Assembly: GCA_963832745.1 (NCBI GenBank)
Contig: CAWHVC010000002.1
Coordinates: 160,001-224,000, forward strand
From: Candidatus Bathyarchaeota archaeon
Lineage (GTDB): Archaea > Thermoproteota > Bathyarchaeia > Bathyarchaeales > Bathycorpusculaceae
DNA length: 64,000 nt
Direction of reading: 5' to 3'
This document shows, one piece after another, positions 18,913 through 28,586 of this stretch. Under the pieces are notes generated by a model. It saw nothing but the letters and a program-made list of their open reading frames with translations, had not been told where the DNA came from and did not search any database. Within the stretch, counting starts at the first letter, position 1; every line of letters starts with the position of its first letter. The position numbers were made by a program, and so were the translations under genes.

Positions 18913-21039
18913 TTAATGTACTAGGGGATTTGAAGCGATGACTGTTGAGCGGTCAAAGGTTTTGCGTATGGCGAATTCTGCTTGTTTTCCGTTGTTCCAT
19001 TGGTCAACTGGTCGTAGGTAACCGACTACGCGGCTGTATACTTCGCTGGTTGCGCCGCAGACTGGACAATTTTTGTGTTCTCCTGTAGTGTAGCCGTGAG
19101 TTGGACAGATGCTAAAGGTTGGCGTTAAAGTGAAGTATGGCAGTTTAGAGTTCAAAGACACCTTTTTAACCAGTTCAGCTGCCGACTTCCAAGAAGGCAA
19201 ACGTTCACCAAGAAATATGTGAAAGTTAGTGCCTCCAGTGTAAAGCGGTTGAAGCGTTTCTTGATGTTCGAGTGCTTCAAAGAGGTCACCTGCAAAGTCA
19301 ACTGGCAACTGTGAAGAGTTGGTGTAAACTGGTTCAGCATGCTCTTTCTTAATGTGTTTTTGGTTGGCAAATATGATGTCACGGTAACGTTTCTGGTCAA
19401 TGCGGGCTAACCGGTATGCTGTGCCTTCTGCTGGAGTAGCTTCCAAATTATAGATGTCGCCTGTTTCTTCTTGATACTCACTTATGCGTTTACGCATGAA
19501 CATGAGTGTTTTAACCGCAAATGCTTGCCCCTCTTTAGAAGCAATGTCTTGCCCAAGCAAGTTAAGAACCGCCTCGTTTACGCCTACAATGCCAATGGTT
19601 GAGAAGTGATTCTTCCAGTATTTACCAAACGCCTCCTTTACATGGCGCAGGTAACGTTTCGAGTATGGATATAACCCGTTGTCAGTGAAGCCTTCAAGCA
19701 CTTTACGTTTAATTTCCAAACTTGATTTAGCCACATCCATCAAGTTGCCTATCCTTTCAAAGAATTCATCTTCATCTCTGGACAAATAGCCAACTCTTGG
19801 AATGTTTAAGGTAACTACACCTATGCTGCCTGTTAATGGGTTAGCACCGAAGAATCCGCCTCCACGTTTACGCAGTTCACGGTTATCAATGCGTAACCTG
19901 CAGCACATGCTACGAACATCTTCAGGGTTCAAATCGCTGTTTATGAAGTTGCTAAAGTTAGGCACACCATATTTGGCTGTGACTTCAAATATTGCCTGTG
20001 AAACTGGTGAATCCCACTCGAAGTCTTTGGTGATGTTATAGGTTGGAATTGGGAAAGTGAACACTCGACCTTTTGAATCACCTTGAGCCATAACTTTAGC
20101 AAAGGCAAGATTGAACATCTCCATTTCTTTGGTCATATCACCGAAAGTGTCCTGAGTAACTTTGCCATTGTAAATTACTGGCTCATTCTTCATGAAGCTT
20201 GGAACAGTCAAGTCCAAAGTCAAGTTAGTGAATGGAGTTTGGAAACCGACACGTGTGGGCACGTTCATGTTGAAGAAGAATTCCTGAAGCGCCTGCTCAA
20301 CATCTTTGGTGGTTAAATGGTCATACCGGATAAACGGTGCAAGGTACGTATCAAAATTACTGAACGCTTGTGCACCTGCAGCTTCACCTTGCAATGTGTA
20401 GAAGAAGTTCACAACTTGACCAAGGGCTGTTCGAAAGTGTTTTGCTGGTTTGCTTTCAATTTTTCCTGCAACACCGCCAAAACCTGAAAGCAGTAGGTCG
20501 CTTACATCCCAACCGACACAGTACGGTCCAAGAACACCAAGGTCATGAATGTGAAGGTCGCCTGAAAAGTGGGATTCAGCGATTTTAGATGGGTAAATAC
20601 GGCTTATCCAATACTTTGCGATTACTGTGGATGAAAGATAATTGTTCAACCCTTGCAGTGAGTAGCTCATGTTGCTGTTTTCTTTAACTCGCCAATCTTC
20701 AACCTCAAGGTACTGGTCAACAAGGTCAGCACTGCTTAAGAGTGCGGCAAGTTCACGCATGTCATTATGCTGTTTACGGTACAAGATGTAGGCTTTAGCG
20801 GTTGAGGCGTGACCATTTTCGATTAACTGCTTTTCAACCCGGTCCTGGACTTCTTCAACGGTAGGAACACCGTCGTCGCCATATTGCTTGTTTAATGCAG
20901 CTACTACTTCATCACAGATGCGTTTAGCCTGCGCTTTATCTTTTCCGCCAACAGCCTTGGCAGCTTTCCAAATGGCTTGTGTAATACGATCTGGGTCAAA
21001 GGGTTCTAATTTACTATCACGTTTTAGTACAAACTTCAT
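18913..21039 (-). CDS. nrdD: Class III (anaerobic) ribonucleoside-triphosphate reductase with N-terminal ATP cone
   Basis: ATP cone (VLKRD..EPFD..VEEVQDRVE), HIHDL, SMCCRL, EATPAEG, C-terminal Zn site and YSRVVGYL glycyl-radical motif. Confidence 0.97.
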   Translation of the reverse strand: MKFVLKRDSKLEPFDPDRITQAIWKAAKAVGGKDKAQAKRICDEVVAALNKQYGDDGVPTVEEVQDRVEKQLIENGHASTAKAYILYRKQHNDMRELAALLSSADLVDQYLEVEDWRVKENSNMSYSLQGLNNYLSSTVIAKYWISRIYPSKIAESHFSGDLHIHDLGVLGPYCVGWDVSDLLLSGFGGVAGKIESKPAKHFRTALGQVVNFFYTLQGEAAGAQAFSNFDTYLAPFIRYDHLTTKDVEQALQEFFFNMNVPTRVGFQTPFTNLTLDLTVPSFMKNEPVIYNGKVTQDTFGDMTKEMEMFNLAFAKVMAQGDSKGRVFTFPIPTYNITKDFEWDSPVSQAIFEVTAKYGVPNFSNFINSDLNPEDVRSMCCRLRIDNRELRKRGGGFFGANPLTGSIGVVTLNIPRVGYLSRDEDEFFERIGNLMDVAKSSLEIKRKVLEGFTDNGLYPYSKRYLRHVKEAFGKYWKNHFSTIGIVGVNEAVLNLLGQDIASKEGQAFAVKTLMFMRKRISEYQEETGDIYNLEATPAEGTAYRLARIDQKRYRDIIFANQKHIKKEHAEPVYTNSSQLPVDFAGDLFEALEHQETLQPLYTGGTNFHIFLGERLPSWKSAAELVKKVSLNSKLPYFTLTPTFSICPTHGYTTGEHKNCPVCGATSEVYSRVVGYLRPVDQWNNGKQAEFAIRKTFDRSTVIASNPLVH

Positions 21040-21485
21040 TGTTTCTTCACTTCCATAAGTAATCGCCCGAAGTCTTCGGGTTCTTCAAACTTTTTGTAAA
21101 CAGAAGCAAACCGGATGTAGGCGATGCGGTCCACGTTTTTGAGGTATTTCATGATTAAATCGCCGATTTCTTGTGACGAAACTTCCTCAACGCCTTTCGC
21201 CATCAGGTCTTGCCGTACATGTCCTGCTAACTCATTGATTTGAGTCATTGTTACTGGCCGTTTTTCACACGCTTTTTGCATGCCGCGGATTATTTTGTTG
21301 ACGTCAAAACGTTCAAGTTTGCCGTCTTTTTTGCGTACCATCAACTCTATTGTTTCAACATACTCGTAGGTTGTGAATCGTTTGCCGCAGTTAATGCATT
21401 CTTTTCGTCGGCGTGTAGTGTTGTCTGGGGAATCGCGTGTTTCTAGGGTTTTGAAGTTTTCAGAGCCACAGTAAGGACATTTCAT
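21036..21485 (-). CDS. nrdR: Transcriptional repressor NrdR
   Basis: MKCPYCG..TRRRKECINCGKRFTTYE, ATP cone, DRIAYIRFASVY. Confidence 0.96.
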   Translation of the reverse strand: MKCPYCGSENFKTLETRDSPDNTTRRRKECINCGKRFTTYEYVETIELMVRKKDGKLERFDVNKIIRGMQKACEKRPVTMTQINELAGHVRQDLMAKGVEEVSSQEIGDLIMKYLKNVDRIAYIRFASVYKKFEEPEDFGRLLMEVKKQ

Positions 21486-21524
21486 AAATTTCACACAGGT
21501 ATAGTGCCGACAAGCTTACACGAT

Positions 21525-21540
21525 ACACTACAGTTAGCGC
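21525..21540. promoter_or_regulatory. Candidate NrdR box
   Basis: acaCTAcAgtTAGcgc versus bacterial consensus acaCwAtATaTwGtgt; a weaker second copy lies at about 21492-21507. Confidence 0.55.
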
Positions 21541-21714
21541 GTATTTAAGGTCTTTTCACATCAAACATGAAAATAAATCCATATTTAGAAAACAGGTTCC
21601 GTGAAAAATACACAAGTTCACAGAAAACAAAAAACCAAAAAAGGGCTTGTTTCAGCCAAAAAACCCTATATACCCAAAAAGGTTGAGCGCTTAAAATTTA
21701 GGGTAAAAACTACT

Positions 21715-21933
21715 TTAACTTTCCTTTACAGGTCTAACAATTAAATAGCCCTTATCGATTAGCCAGTGATGAAACTGATAAGTAGTGAATAAACAGCCTG
21801 AACCGCATTTCTTTCGAATTTTCTCGTATTCCTCGGAGCCTTCTTTTTGCTTATTTAACTTCACCTGCACGGGGCATTTAATGTCGTTGCAGTATTCTCG
21901 GCGTTTATACTCAACAAAACCTTCCAACGTCAT
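21715..21933 (-). CDS. Small Cys/His-rich hypothetical protein
   Basis: EYCNDIKCPVQ...CGSGCLFTTYQFHHWL. Confidence 0.75.
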   Translation of the reverse strand: MTLEGFVEYKRREYCNDIKCPVQVKLNKQKEGSEEYEKIRKKCGSGCLFTTYQFHHWLIDKGYLIVRPVKES

Positions 21934-22161
21934 ATTACATCGCTTGGGCTAATCATCAACTCGAAATATAAGGCTTATTTGATTTCATTTGCCTTTTGAT
22001 TAGCTTCTTTTTTGAACGTTTGCTAAGTGTATAGCTCCAAACCCTGAAGCAGTCTATATCAGTAATTTTTAGGAAAAACAAATTAGGGTAACCTTTTTGA
22101 TTTTAATTGTAAACAGTGCGGGTTTAGCAAAGGAGAACACTTTTGCAACGTTGAGGTTTGA

Positions 22162-23235
22162 ATGGAAATGAAAACCGCCAGTAAAATCGTCATCATTGTT
22201 GCATTAATCGGGTTATTTGTTGTTGTAGCGATAAACCTGCCTCTTGGATATTACACTACAGAAGCAAATGACGATACAGAAGAATCCAAAGAATTTACTG
22301 CAAACGAGAAAACAACCAAGTTTTTATCAAGTGTTGTCGAGCTTGACCTTACAAAATACAATTCGTCATCGCCTTCAGCTTTGTCAGGCTCACCAAATAG
22401 CTATCGATATCCACCCGAATTTTGCGGTGCCGTGAAAGAGGAATGTCGCTACTACAAGTATGAGACCGACGAAAGCAAGATTGACACAATGAGTATCTTC
22501 TACAACGAGCAACTGGTACTTTTCAAAATTGAAGCATCACGTGGCAACTATATTTACTCTGAGACACCAGTAACTGATCTTTTCAACCAAGCAAAAAACA
22601 TACTGCAACGATACCAAGCATACGCTGATGACGTGTACCCCACAGATACCTCTTATCTTGAGCCAATGCAAAATGTTCTAAACACCGCTAATGACTTATC
22701 ACCTACGAACGTTACTATTGGGAACATAAATTTTCAGGTCTCGAAAAACGGCGCCAAAACAATCATCCAATGGATATATACTGAAAACGACGTTTCTATG
22801 AATTGGAAAAGACTAGAATTAGTTTTCCGCAATAACGCTTTCGAGTCAATGATAGACAACTGGCCCATCTACAATGTCAGCGGCCCAAGCGTAATTAATT
22901 CTGAGGAAGCATATCAACTAGCGTTGGATACTGCTCAGAACTGCGAGTTTCGCATAATTAACCTGTACAGGAACGAGACGGTTAAGTTGCCTGACCTGTC
23001 AGATTCAGTTTACCAACTATACTTTACCATGGTACCTTACCGCAACGAAACCCTTCACAATCCAAGCAAATTATCCCGAGACCCCTTGACATTGTATCCG
23101 TATTGGCAGTTTGACTTCTATTTCAAAGAAGGCGAAATCGGGGGCTACTCTGGCATACAAGTTGGTATCTGGGGAGACACAAAAGAAATCGTGTACTGCA
23201 ACGGCTTTGGCTATCTTGGCACTCCAGGAACATAG
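22162..23235 (+). CDS. Secreted or membrane-anchored hypothetical protein
   Basis: N-terminal hydrophobic anchor; several NxS/T sequons. Confidence 0.75.
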   Translation: MEMKTASKIVIIVALIGLFVVVAINLPLGYYTTEANDDTEESKEFTANEKTTKFLSSVVELDLTKYNSSSPSALSGSPNSYRYPPEFCGAVKEECRYYKYETDESKIDTMSIFYNEQLVLFKIEASRGNYIYSETPVTDLFNQAKNILQRYQAYADDVYPTDTSYLEPMQNVLNTANDLSPTNVTIGNINFQVSKNGAKTIIQWIYTENDVSMNWKRLELVFRNNAFESMIDNWPIYNVSGPSVINSEEAYQLALDTAQNCEFRIINLYRNETVKLPDLSDSVYQLYFTMVPYRNETLHNPSKLSRDPLTLYPYWQFDFYFKEGEIGGYSGIQVGIWGDTKEIVYCNGFGYLGTPGT

Positions 23236-23252
23236 CAAATTTGATGTTACTC

Positions 23253-24098
23253 CTACTGCTTGGTTTTGCCCTGCCTTTTAGAGCGTTTACTTAGTATATA
23301 TGCGATTGTTGGTGCGCTTGCAATGAAAATGGTGATTCTTAGAATTTCAAACAGCCATGGAATGCTTTCAGTTTCATTTCCCCTCAAAATACCTGAGGTA
23401 AAATTATGAAGTTGATAAAAATTCAAAATTGAAAGCAATGAAATACCTATAGTGAACGCTATGGCATGGGTGATGCTGTCTTTGATGGTTTTTGCATAGT
23501 AATGCCTATCGTATAGGGTGAATAGGAAAACTCCCAACAGCATTATGGCAAGTGTAGCAAAAAAGAAGCCCATCAAATCTATAGTTGAGAAACTTTTGCT
23601 AAGCACTATGTTGGTGTACCATATACTTTGATTTAGTGAAAGATCCAAAAGCAGTGGTGCTGCCCATGTTAATCCAGCAATCAAAAGGAATAGCACACTT
23701 TTCTTAATCGATAACCCAATGAAGCGTTCAATTTCCTGATGAACAACCGTGCTAGTGTGTTCCCGTTCATGGTCAGCTTTTTGCAAAAGCGTGATTCCTG
23801 CTCTGCCGACTTCTGAAAGTTGGTATTTGCCGCGTTTTGATTGCTCAACCAGTGAGGAGAGTCCTTTTAAGTGGTAGCTCATTAAACCGGTGTCGGTGAT
23901 ACCAGTTTCTTGTTGAATGTCAGTAAATGAGGCTTCTACTTTGTTATCAATGAACAGCAGAATCTGGCGCCTTACGGGATGCTTTAAGGCTGTAAAGATT
24001 TCGTCATACCGGTTTTCTTCTGTCAAAGTTACACCTAACCCGTTTGAAGGGCGAGGAAGAGGCTTAAAGATTTTCGTGAATAAAAACTGGAAAGACAA
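23253..24098 (-). CDS. ArsR-type wHTH regulator fused to a multi-TM domain
   Basis: IFTALKHPVRRQIL..MSYHLKGL..YQLSEVG followed by 4 TM segments. Confidence 0.82.
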   Translation of the reverse strand: MSFQFLFTKIFKPLPRPSNGLGVTLTEENRYDEIFTALKHPVRRQILLFIDNKVEASFTDIQQETGITDTGLMSYHLKGLSSLVEQSKRGKYQLSEVGRAGITLLQKADHEREHTSTVVHQEIERFIGLSIKKSVLFLLIAGLTWAAPLLLDLSLNQSIWYTNIVLSKSFSTIDLMGFFFATLAIMLLGVFLFTLYDRHYYAKTIKDSITHAIAFTIGISLLSILNFYQLHNFTSGILRGNETESIPWLFEILRITIFIASAPTIAYILSKRSKRQGKTKQ

Positions 24099-24099
24099 A

Positions 24100-24123
24100 A
24101 AGTGCTGTCCTTATACAGTCACA
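24100..24123 (+). promoter_or_regulatory. Partial regulon site upstream of the PAS gene
   Basis: aagtGCTG-tccttata-CAGTCACA; right half perfect, left half partial, TATA weak. Confidence 0.45.
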
Positions 24124-24213
24124 TATTTAGAAAAATGAGTCCCGAAATATTTACTCATGGCAATTAGTTAACGGATTTCAAGTTAACAAAACAAGTCACC
24201 TGCAGGTGGAAAA

Positions 24214-24615
24214 TTGCAAGAAGAAACACCTAAACAAGAAGATTCTGGACAGCTTATCAGCGGTTTGTATAAACAGATGAGGAAAATTTTGGATTCTACA
24301 GGGCAACCAGTCTTCATCTATTTAGCTGATGATCAAAAAGTGTGTAATCAGCGGTTTGCTGACTTTTTAGGATATGCTTCGCCGCAGGATTGGTCTAAAA
24401 CTCCGGGTTTTCTTGAAACTTTTGTTGATGATGAAATAAGCCGAAACGCCTTTATGACTGCTTATTGGCGTGCAGTAAATGACATGGACGCCTCCTCTGT
24501 AGCGATAAATTGGCGAAAAAAGGATGGTACCAAAGTGCGGTCAACAATGGTTATTCTGCCAATGACTTATGAAGGGCACATTTTATCTGTTCACTTCATA
24601 ATCAGTACACAATAA
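24214..24615 (+). CDS. Stand-alone PAS-domain protein
   Basis: ILDSTGQPVFIY..CNQRFADFLGY..RKKDGTKV. Confidence 0.78.
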   Translation: MQEETPKQEDSGQLISGLYKQMRKILDSTGQPVFIYLADDQKVCNQRFADFLGYASPQDWSKTPGFLETFVDDEISRNAFMTAYWRAVNDMDASSVAINWRKKDGTKVRSTMVILPMTYEGHILSVHFIISTQ

Positions 24616-24712
24616 ATAATCGATTGAGCGCTTTATTTTCAAAAATAACGTTTCTTTTATGCGAGAACTAGTACAATTGCTTACAAATACTGTTAAAAAC
24701 CAGAAATACTAA

Positions 24713-25426
24713 ATGAAGTATGGTGGGCTGTTCCTGTTGAAGTTCAAACAAGCAACAATTGCTTTAGTACTGATTCTGATTCTTGGCGGCTGCTTTGCGG
24801 CATCGTTGTATCAACAAAAAACCTTTAAATCAACACTCTCACTTCACGGAAGTAATCTAGAAATTTCAAGTTTCAGTAGCCTGCAATTCATAACAATAGA
24901 TAAAACGACTCTCATTGCTTTACCAACAGGCTTTGACGTTTATACTCCTGCGATACAACAGCCTTCGCCGACCAATTCAACCCGTATGCAGATTTATGAG
25001 TACATAAACGCAAACCCCGGCGTGCAGTTTCGGGCTGTCTGTGCAGGCTTAACTATACCTGTAGGTTTAGCACAGTACCACTTAGGCATACTTGTTAAGT
25101 CTGGACTTGTATCTTTTGTTCGTGACGGTAAATACAAGCGGTTCTTTGTATCAAAAAAGTTTTCCAAAAAACAGATTGCTGCAATAGCTTTGCTACGGCA
25201 CAAAACAGCTAAACGAATCTTTGAAGTCCTGCTTAACAAGAAGCAATTGTCTCACGGCAAACTCGCTGATGAACTTTGCATTTCGTCACAAGCCTTAACA
25301 TGGCAGATGAAGTCTCTGAAAAGCACAAAGTTCGTACTGCAAGTTAATGATGGCTTAAAGACCGTTTATTCCATCGACACGTCCTCACAAATGCTGCTGG
25401 AAACATCTTTAGCCATAATAAACTAA
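24713..25426 (+). CDS. Membrane-anchored double winged-helix regulator (archaeal COG3398-like)
   Basis: N-terminal TM; RMQIYEYINANPGVQF..AQYHLGIL, second HTH SSQALTWQMKSL. Confidence 0.8.
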   Translation: MKYGGLFLLKFKQATIALVLILILGGCFAASLYQQKTFKSTLSLHGSNLEISSFSSLQFITIDKTTLIALPTGFDVYTPAIQQPSPTNSTRMQIYEYINANPGVQFRAVCAGLTIPVGLAQYHLGILVKSGLVSFVRDGKYKRFFVSKKFSKKQIAAIALLRHKTAKRIFEVLLNKKQLSHGKLADELCISSQALTWQMKSLKSTKFVLQVNDGLKTVYSIDTSSQMLLETSLAIIN

Positions 25427-25471
25427 CCTTTTTTGAGTCTACTTTTTTAATTCCAAGCCGTAAATTATTGT

Positions 25472-26113
25472 ATGCGTAAGGTGTATCTTTTAGGCGGAGA
25501 AAGCATCAAAAAACGTGATGGTGAAGCGGTTAACGAGCAAGCTTTTAGTGAAGCCGGAGGTTCGCCTGATGTTTTGGTGTTTTCGTGGGCAAGGGCAAGT
25601 TTTGACCGTCTTTATCAACGGCAAAAACTGGTCTACAATTACTTACGGTACTTAGGCGCTAGCAACGTAACTATCGTTGACTATTCAACCCCTTTTGAGG
25701 AGCTTAAGGAAAAAATTGGTCAAACTGACCTTATTTACTTGACTGGTGGTAGCCCAAGCATTTTGGTTGAACGATTCAGAAACGTGGGTGTTGATGCTTT
25801 GCTGGAAGGTTTTGAGGGCGTGGTTGTTGGACGAAGTGCTGGTGCGTTGGCTCTATGCAAAAAGTGTCTTGTAACTATAAGATCTACTAAACAGGTTAAA
25901 ATGGTCGATGGCTTAGGCTTGATTGACGTAACCATGAAGGCGCATTACACCAGCAAAAAAGATAAGCAGCTAAAAGCGCTTTCCATGGGCGGACGAATTT
26001 TTGCTGTTCCACTAGGGTCAGCACTAGTTTATGATAAGGGGTCTTTATCTAGTATTAATCCCGTGTATTTATTTGAAAATGGCGAACGCCAAAAAATGAG
26101 TTGTTTACCTTAA
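25472..26113 (+). CDS. Peptidase S51 (dipeptidase E/cyanophycinase-like)
   Basis: DLIYLTGG, GRSAGA nucleophile motif, GLGL, AHY. Confidence 0.82.
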   Translation: MRKVYLLGGESIKKRDGEAVNEQAFSEAGGSPDVLVFSWARASFDRLYQRQKLVYNYLRYLGASNVTIVDYSTPFEELKEKIGQTDLIYLTGGSPSILVERFRNVGVDALLEGFEGVVVGRSAGALALCKKCLVTIRSTKQVKMVDGLGLIDVTMKAHYTSKKDKQLKALSMGGRIFAVPLGSALVYDKGSLSSINPVYLFENGERQKMSCLP

Positions 26114-26127
26114 ATTAGCGGCAAGGT

Positions 26128-26964
26128 CTAACTGAAGTATCTTTTAACATAAAGATGCGCTTTAACAATGTACGGCGTCAAAGCAACTGTAAGCATTGTT
26201 CCCAATGTAGCAAGCACAATAATGTCGCCAAAAACCCAGCCAAAGAAAACCGTTGAAAACGCTTCAACTGGAACACTGCCAAACAAGACTAAGGCGCCAA
26301 CACCAAACAATCCCGACATAATGCTTGCAACAAAAACGCCAATCGCCAGCCAAGTAAACCATGACTTGTGCTTCTCAAAAATGGCTTGAACAACAAGAAG
26401 GCCAATTGCCACCATGAATGTTCCGATAAATAGTGCTCGAACAGAATTCGTTAATGCCCAGGCTGAAACAATCAGGTTAATTATGAGCAACGCGTTTATG
26501 CTGTACGTAATTTTTGGACGGTTTAATTTTATGGATGGTTTGCTTTTTAGTGACCTGAAAACAAGCAGGGGAATAAAGCCTTCAAAAAAGTCAGCTAAAG
26601 CCCAAACAAGCACAAAATCCAGTGAATAACCCACAAACAGGCCCATGAAAACGCAACTCAGGTACCCTGCAAGGCAGCCCCAAATCCCAAACCACAATGC
26701 TAATGGAACGTAAATGGCTGCAGCGATGTAAAGGCCTGAAACGCCTGAAACGGGTCCGCCTTCTGTTGGGGCTTGAATAACAGCCCATATGGCTAAAATG
26801 GTGCAGATTACAGTTGCAATGGCGAAGACTGCTGGTTGTTTCCAGGTTACGCCTTTTTTGTTGAGGGTTTGCTCGGTTGTCTGCATGAAACGGGATTGGT
26901 CTTTTTTGCATATAAACCTTGGCTGCCGTTTGTTTCTTAAAGTATCTGTGGACAAAAGGGTCAT
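26128..26964 (-). CDS. Multi-pass membrane protein (ECF S-component/MASE1-like)
   Basis: About 8 TM segments; VSGLYIAAA..LWFGIWGC..GWVFGD. Confidence 0.7.
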   Translation of the reverse strand: MTLLSTDTLRNKRQPRFICKKDQSRFMQTTEQTLNKKGVTWKQPAVFAIATVICTILAIWAVIQAPTEGGPVSGVSGLYIAAAIYVPLALWFGIWGCLAGYLSCVFMGLFVGYSLDFVLVWALADFFEGFIPLLVFRSLKSKPSIKLNRPKITYSINALLIINLIVSAWALTNSVRALFIGTFMVAIGLLVVQAIFEKHKSWFTWLAIGVFVASIMSGLFGVGALVLFGSVPVEAFSTVFFGWVFGDIIVLATLGTMLTVALTPYIVKAHLYVKRYFS

Positions 26965-27236
26965 TTGTTCAAAAAACTCGTTTTAACCTTGATAGTTTTA
27001 TGTTTCGCTATAAGTTAATCTGGGCGATTTTGAAACTGATTTTCCATTTTTAACATAAATGACTAAAAAATGTTGTTTCAATCATAAGCCAGTTTAATTT
27101 GATGTGTATAATTGCATCGTTTGTTTACCTGGTTAATGGTATTTCCTTATAAATGAACTGTTGCGCATGTAATCACAAGTATTATGAAATTATATAACTT
27201 AGTCCACCTTTAATGTATTTTTTATAGGGGAATGCA

Positions 27237-27389
27237 ATGGCGAAAACGGCTGTAATAGAAATAACCTTGGTTAAGGAATCTGCCGATATTTTGAATGTGA
27301 ATCTCGAAAAAGAACTTTATGAGTATCTTGACAAGAGCCCCTTAAGGCTTCCTTGGCAAGATGAAGTTAAAAAAATCGAAATAAAATAA
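27237..27389 (+). CDS. 50-aa small protein, paralog of 15955..16134 (not in ORF track)
   Basis: MAKTAVIEITLVKESADILNVNLEKELYEYLDKSPLRLPWQDEVKKIEIK; aggggaa RBS and ttatataa TATA upstream. Confidence 0.75.
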   Translation: MAKTAVIEITLVKESADILNVNLEKELYEYLDKSPLRLPWQDEVKKIEIK

Positions 27390-27431
27390 TTTTTTCAAAA
27401 ACTTTCCTTTTTCCAAAGTAATCGTTTAACT

Positions 27432-27776
27432 TTATAACGGTTTTAGTATGTTCGCCAAGAAACCTTCAATTTGATGGTTATCTTTTAGAATTATGTCGAT
27501 TGTTGCATTGCCTTTCTCTGTAAGTTTATATGTTCTTCTTCTTTCCTCGCCGGAACCTTCTATGAGTTGTTTGCGTTCTAGCGCATAAAGCAAAGAGTAA
27601 ACTGTCCCAGCGCTGATAAGCATATTAAAGCGTTTGTTAATAAAAGCGATAAAATCATAGCCGCTTAATGATTCAGTCTTCAATTTTGCCATAACGACGA
27701 TGTCTAAAAAGCCTTTGATCACTCGTTCGTTCAATTCGTCCAGAATTTTAGATTCAGAAATATTGTTTGCTGACAT
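27432..27776 (-). CDS. PadR-family transcriptional regulator
   Basis: FLDIVVM..LSGYDFI..SAGTVYSLLYALERK..YKLTEKG. Confidence 0.88.
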   Translation of the reverse strand: MSANNISESKILDELNERVIKGFLDIVVMAKLKTESLSGYDFIAFINKRFNMLISAGTVYSLLYALERKQLIEGSGEERRRTYKLTEKGNATIDIILKDNHQIEGFLANILKPL

Positions 27777-28066
27777 AAAATTTGCTCCATTGTCCCTTTC
27801 TTTGTATTCATAGTTTGAACGCGAATAGTATTCTGGATAGCACTGTCTGCGCCTTTGATTTAAAGATTACTTGCTGATGGGATTATTGTGAAAGTCGAAA
27901 TATTGTCCTAAATGTTAAGAAACAATAAGTTATATTTCAAATAACATAAAAACATAAAAGCTAAAAGCAAAAAAATGCTCAAATTCTGAACTTTAAAACC
28001 AAAATATTTCTGAATTCTATTCAACAAAAAACGACGACAAATAGTTTTATGCCAAGTTAAAAGTAA

Positions 28067-28392
28067 AGTAGCGATGGACCGCTGCAGTTTGACGCCCAGA
28101 CTCCGCTTGAAACTTCCGAACCCTACACTCATACCCGTGCCCCCTTGAGCGCATAACGTCCAAACTTAGGTTGCTCTCTCCCGAGCCTAGCCGGGTTCGC
28201 CTGGTAGACAATGAAACAGCTCCCCTACGGAAGCTACCCATTGACCGCCAGCCCCAAAGGACGGATAATCAACGTTTCGGAAAGGGAAACTCAAGCGGCC
28301 TTTGACGCCTCATCCGCAGATGTCAGCCCGTCATGTAGAGGATTTACGGAGATAATGGACCCCTGACCCACCGCCTAAGATCCATCGCCACT
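28067..28392 (-). ncRNA. ffs: Archaeal signal recognition particle RNA (7S)
   Basis: Ends pair (ggcgatggatc / ggtccatcgct); helix 6 agcttcc-GTAG-gggagct; helix 8 gaacccggctaggctc-GGGA-gagagcaacc; about 326 nt. Confidence 0.9.
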
Positions 28393-28586
28393 ATATCATT
28401 TTTGGTCTATAGTATAAAAGTTTGGTTGGTTCCTTGCTCGATTTCTTATGGCTGGTTTTGTGCAATGTTTTTGGCTGCCTTTTGGATATATTTAGTGTGT
28501 GTTTGTGTGTGCATTTGGTTACAACAAATGTTTTTATGAGCTTTTAGTTTTCGTTAATGTGTACGCTTTTTTAGGAATGATATAAT

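Noticed and set aside
27908-28392. RNase P RNA, or the short ORFs 27908..28132 and 28047..28241
   Set aside because: The GC-rich tract has SRP helix 6 and 8 motifs and paired ends but no RNase P GAGGAAAGTCC core; the ORFs are shadows over the RNA gene.
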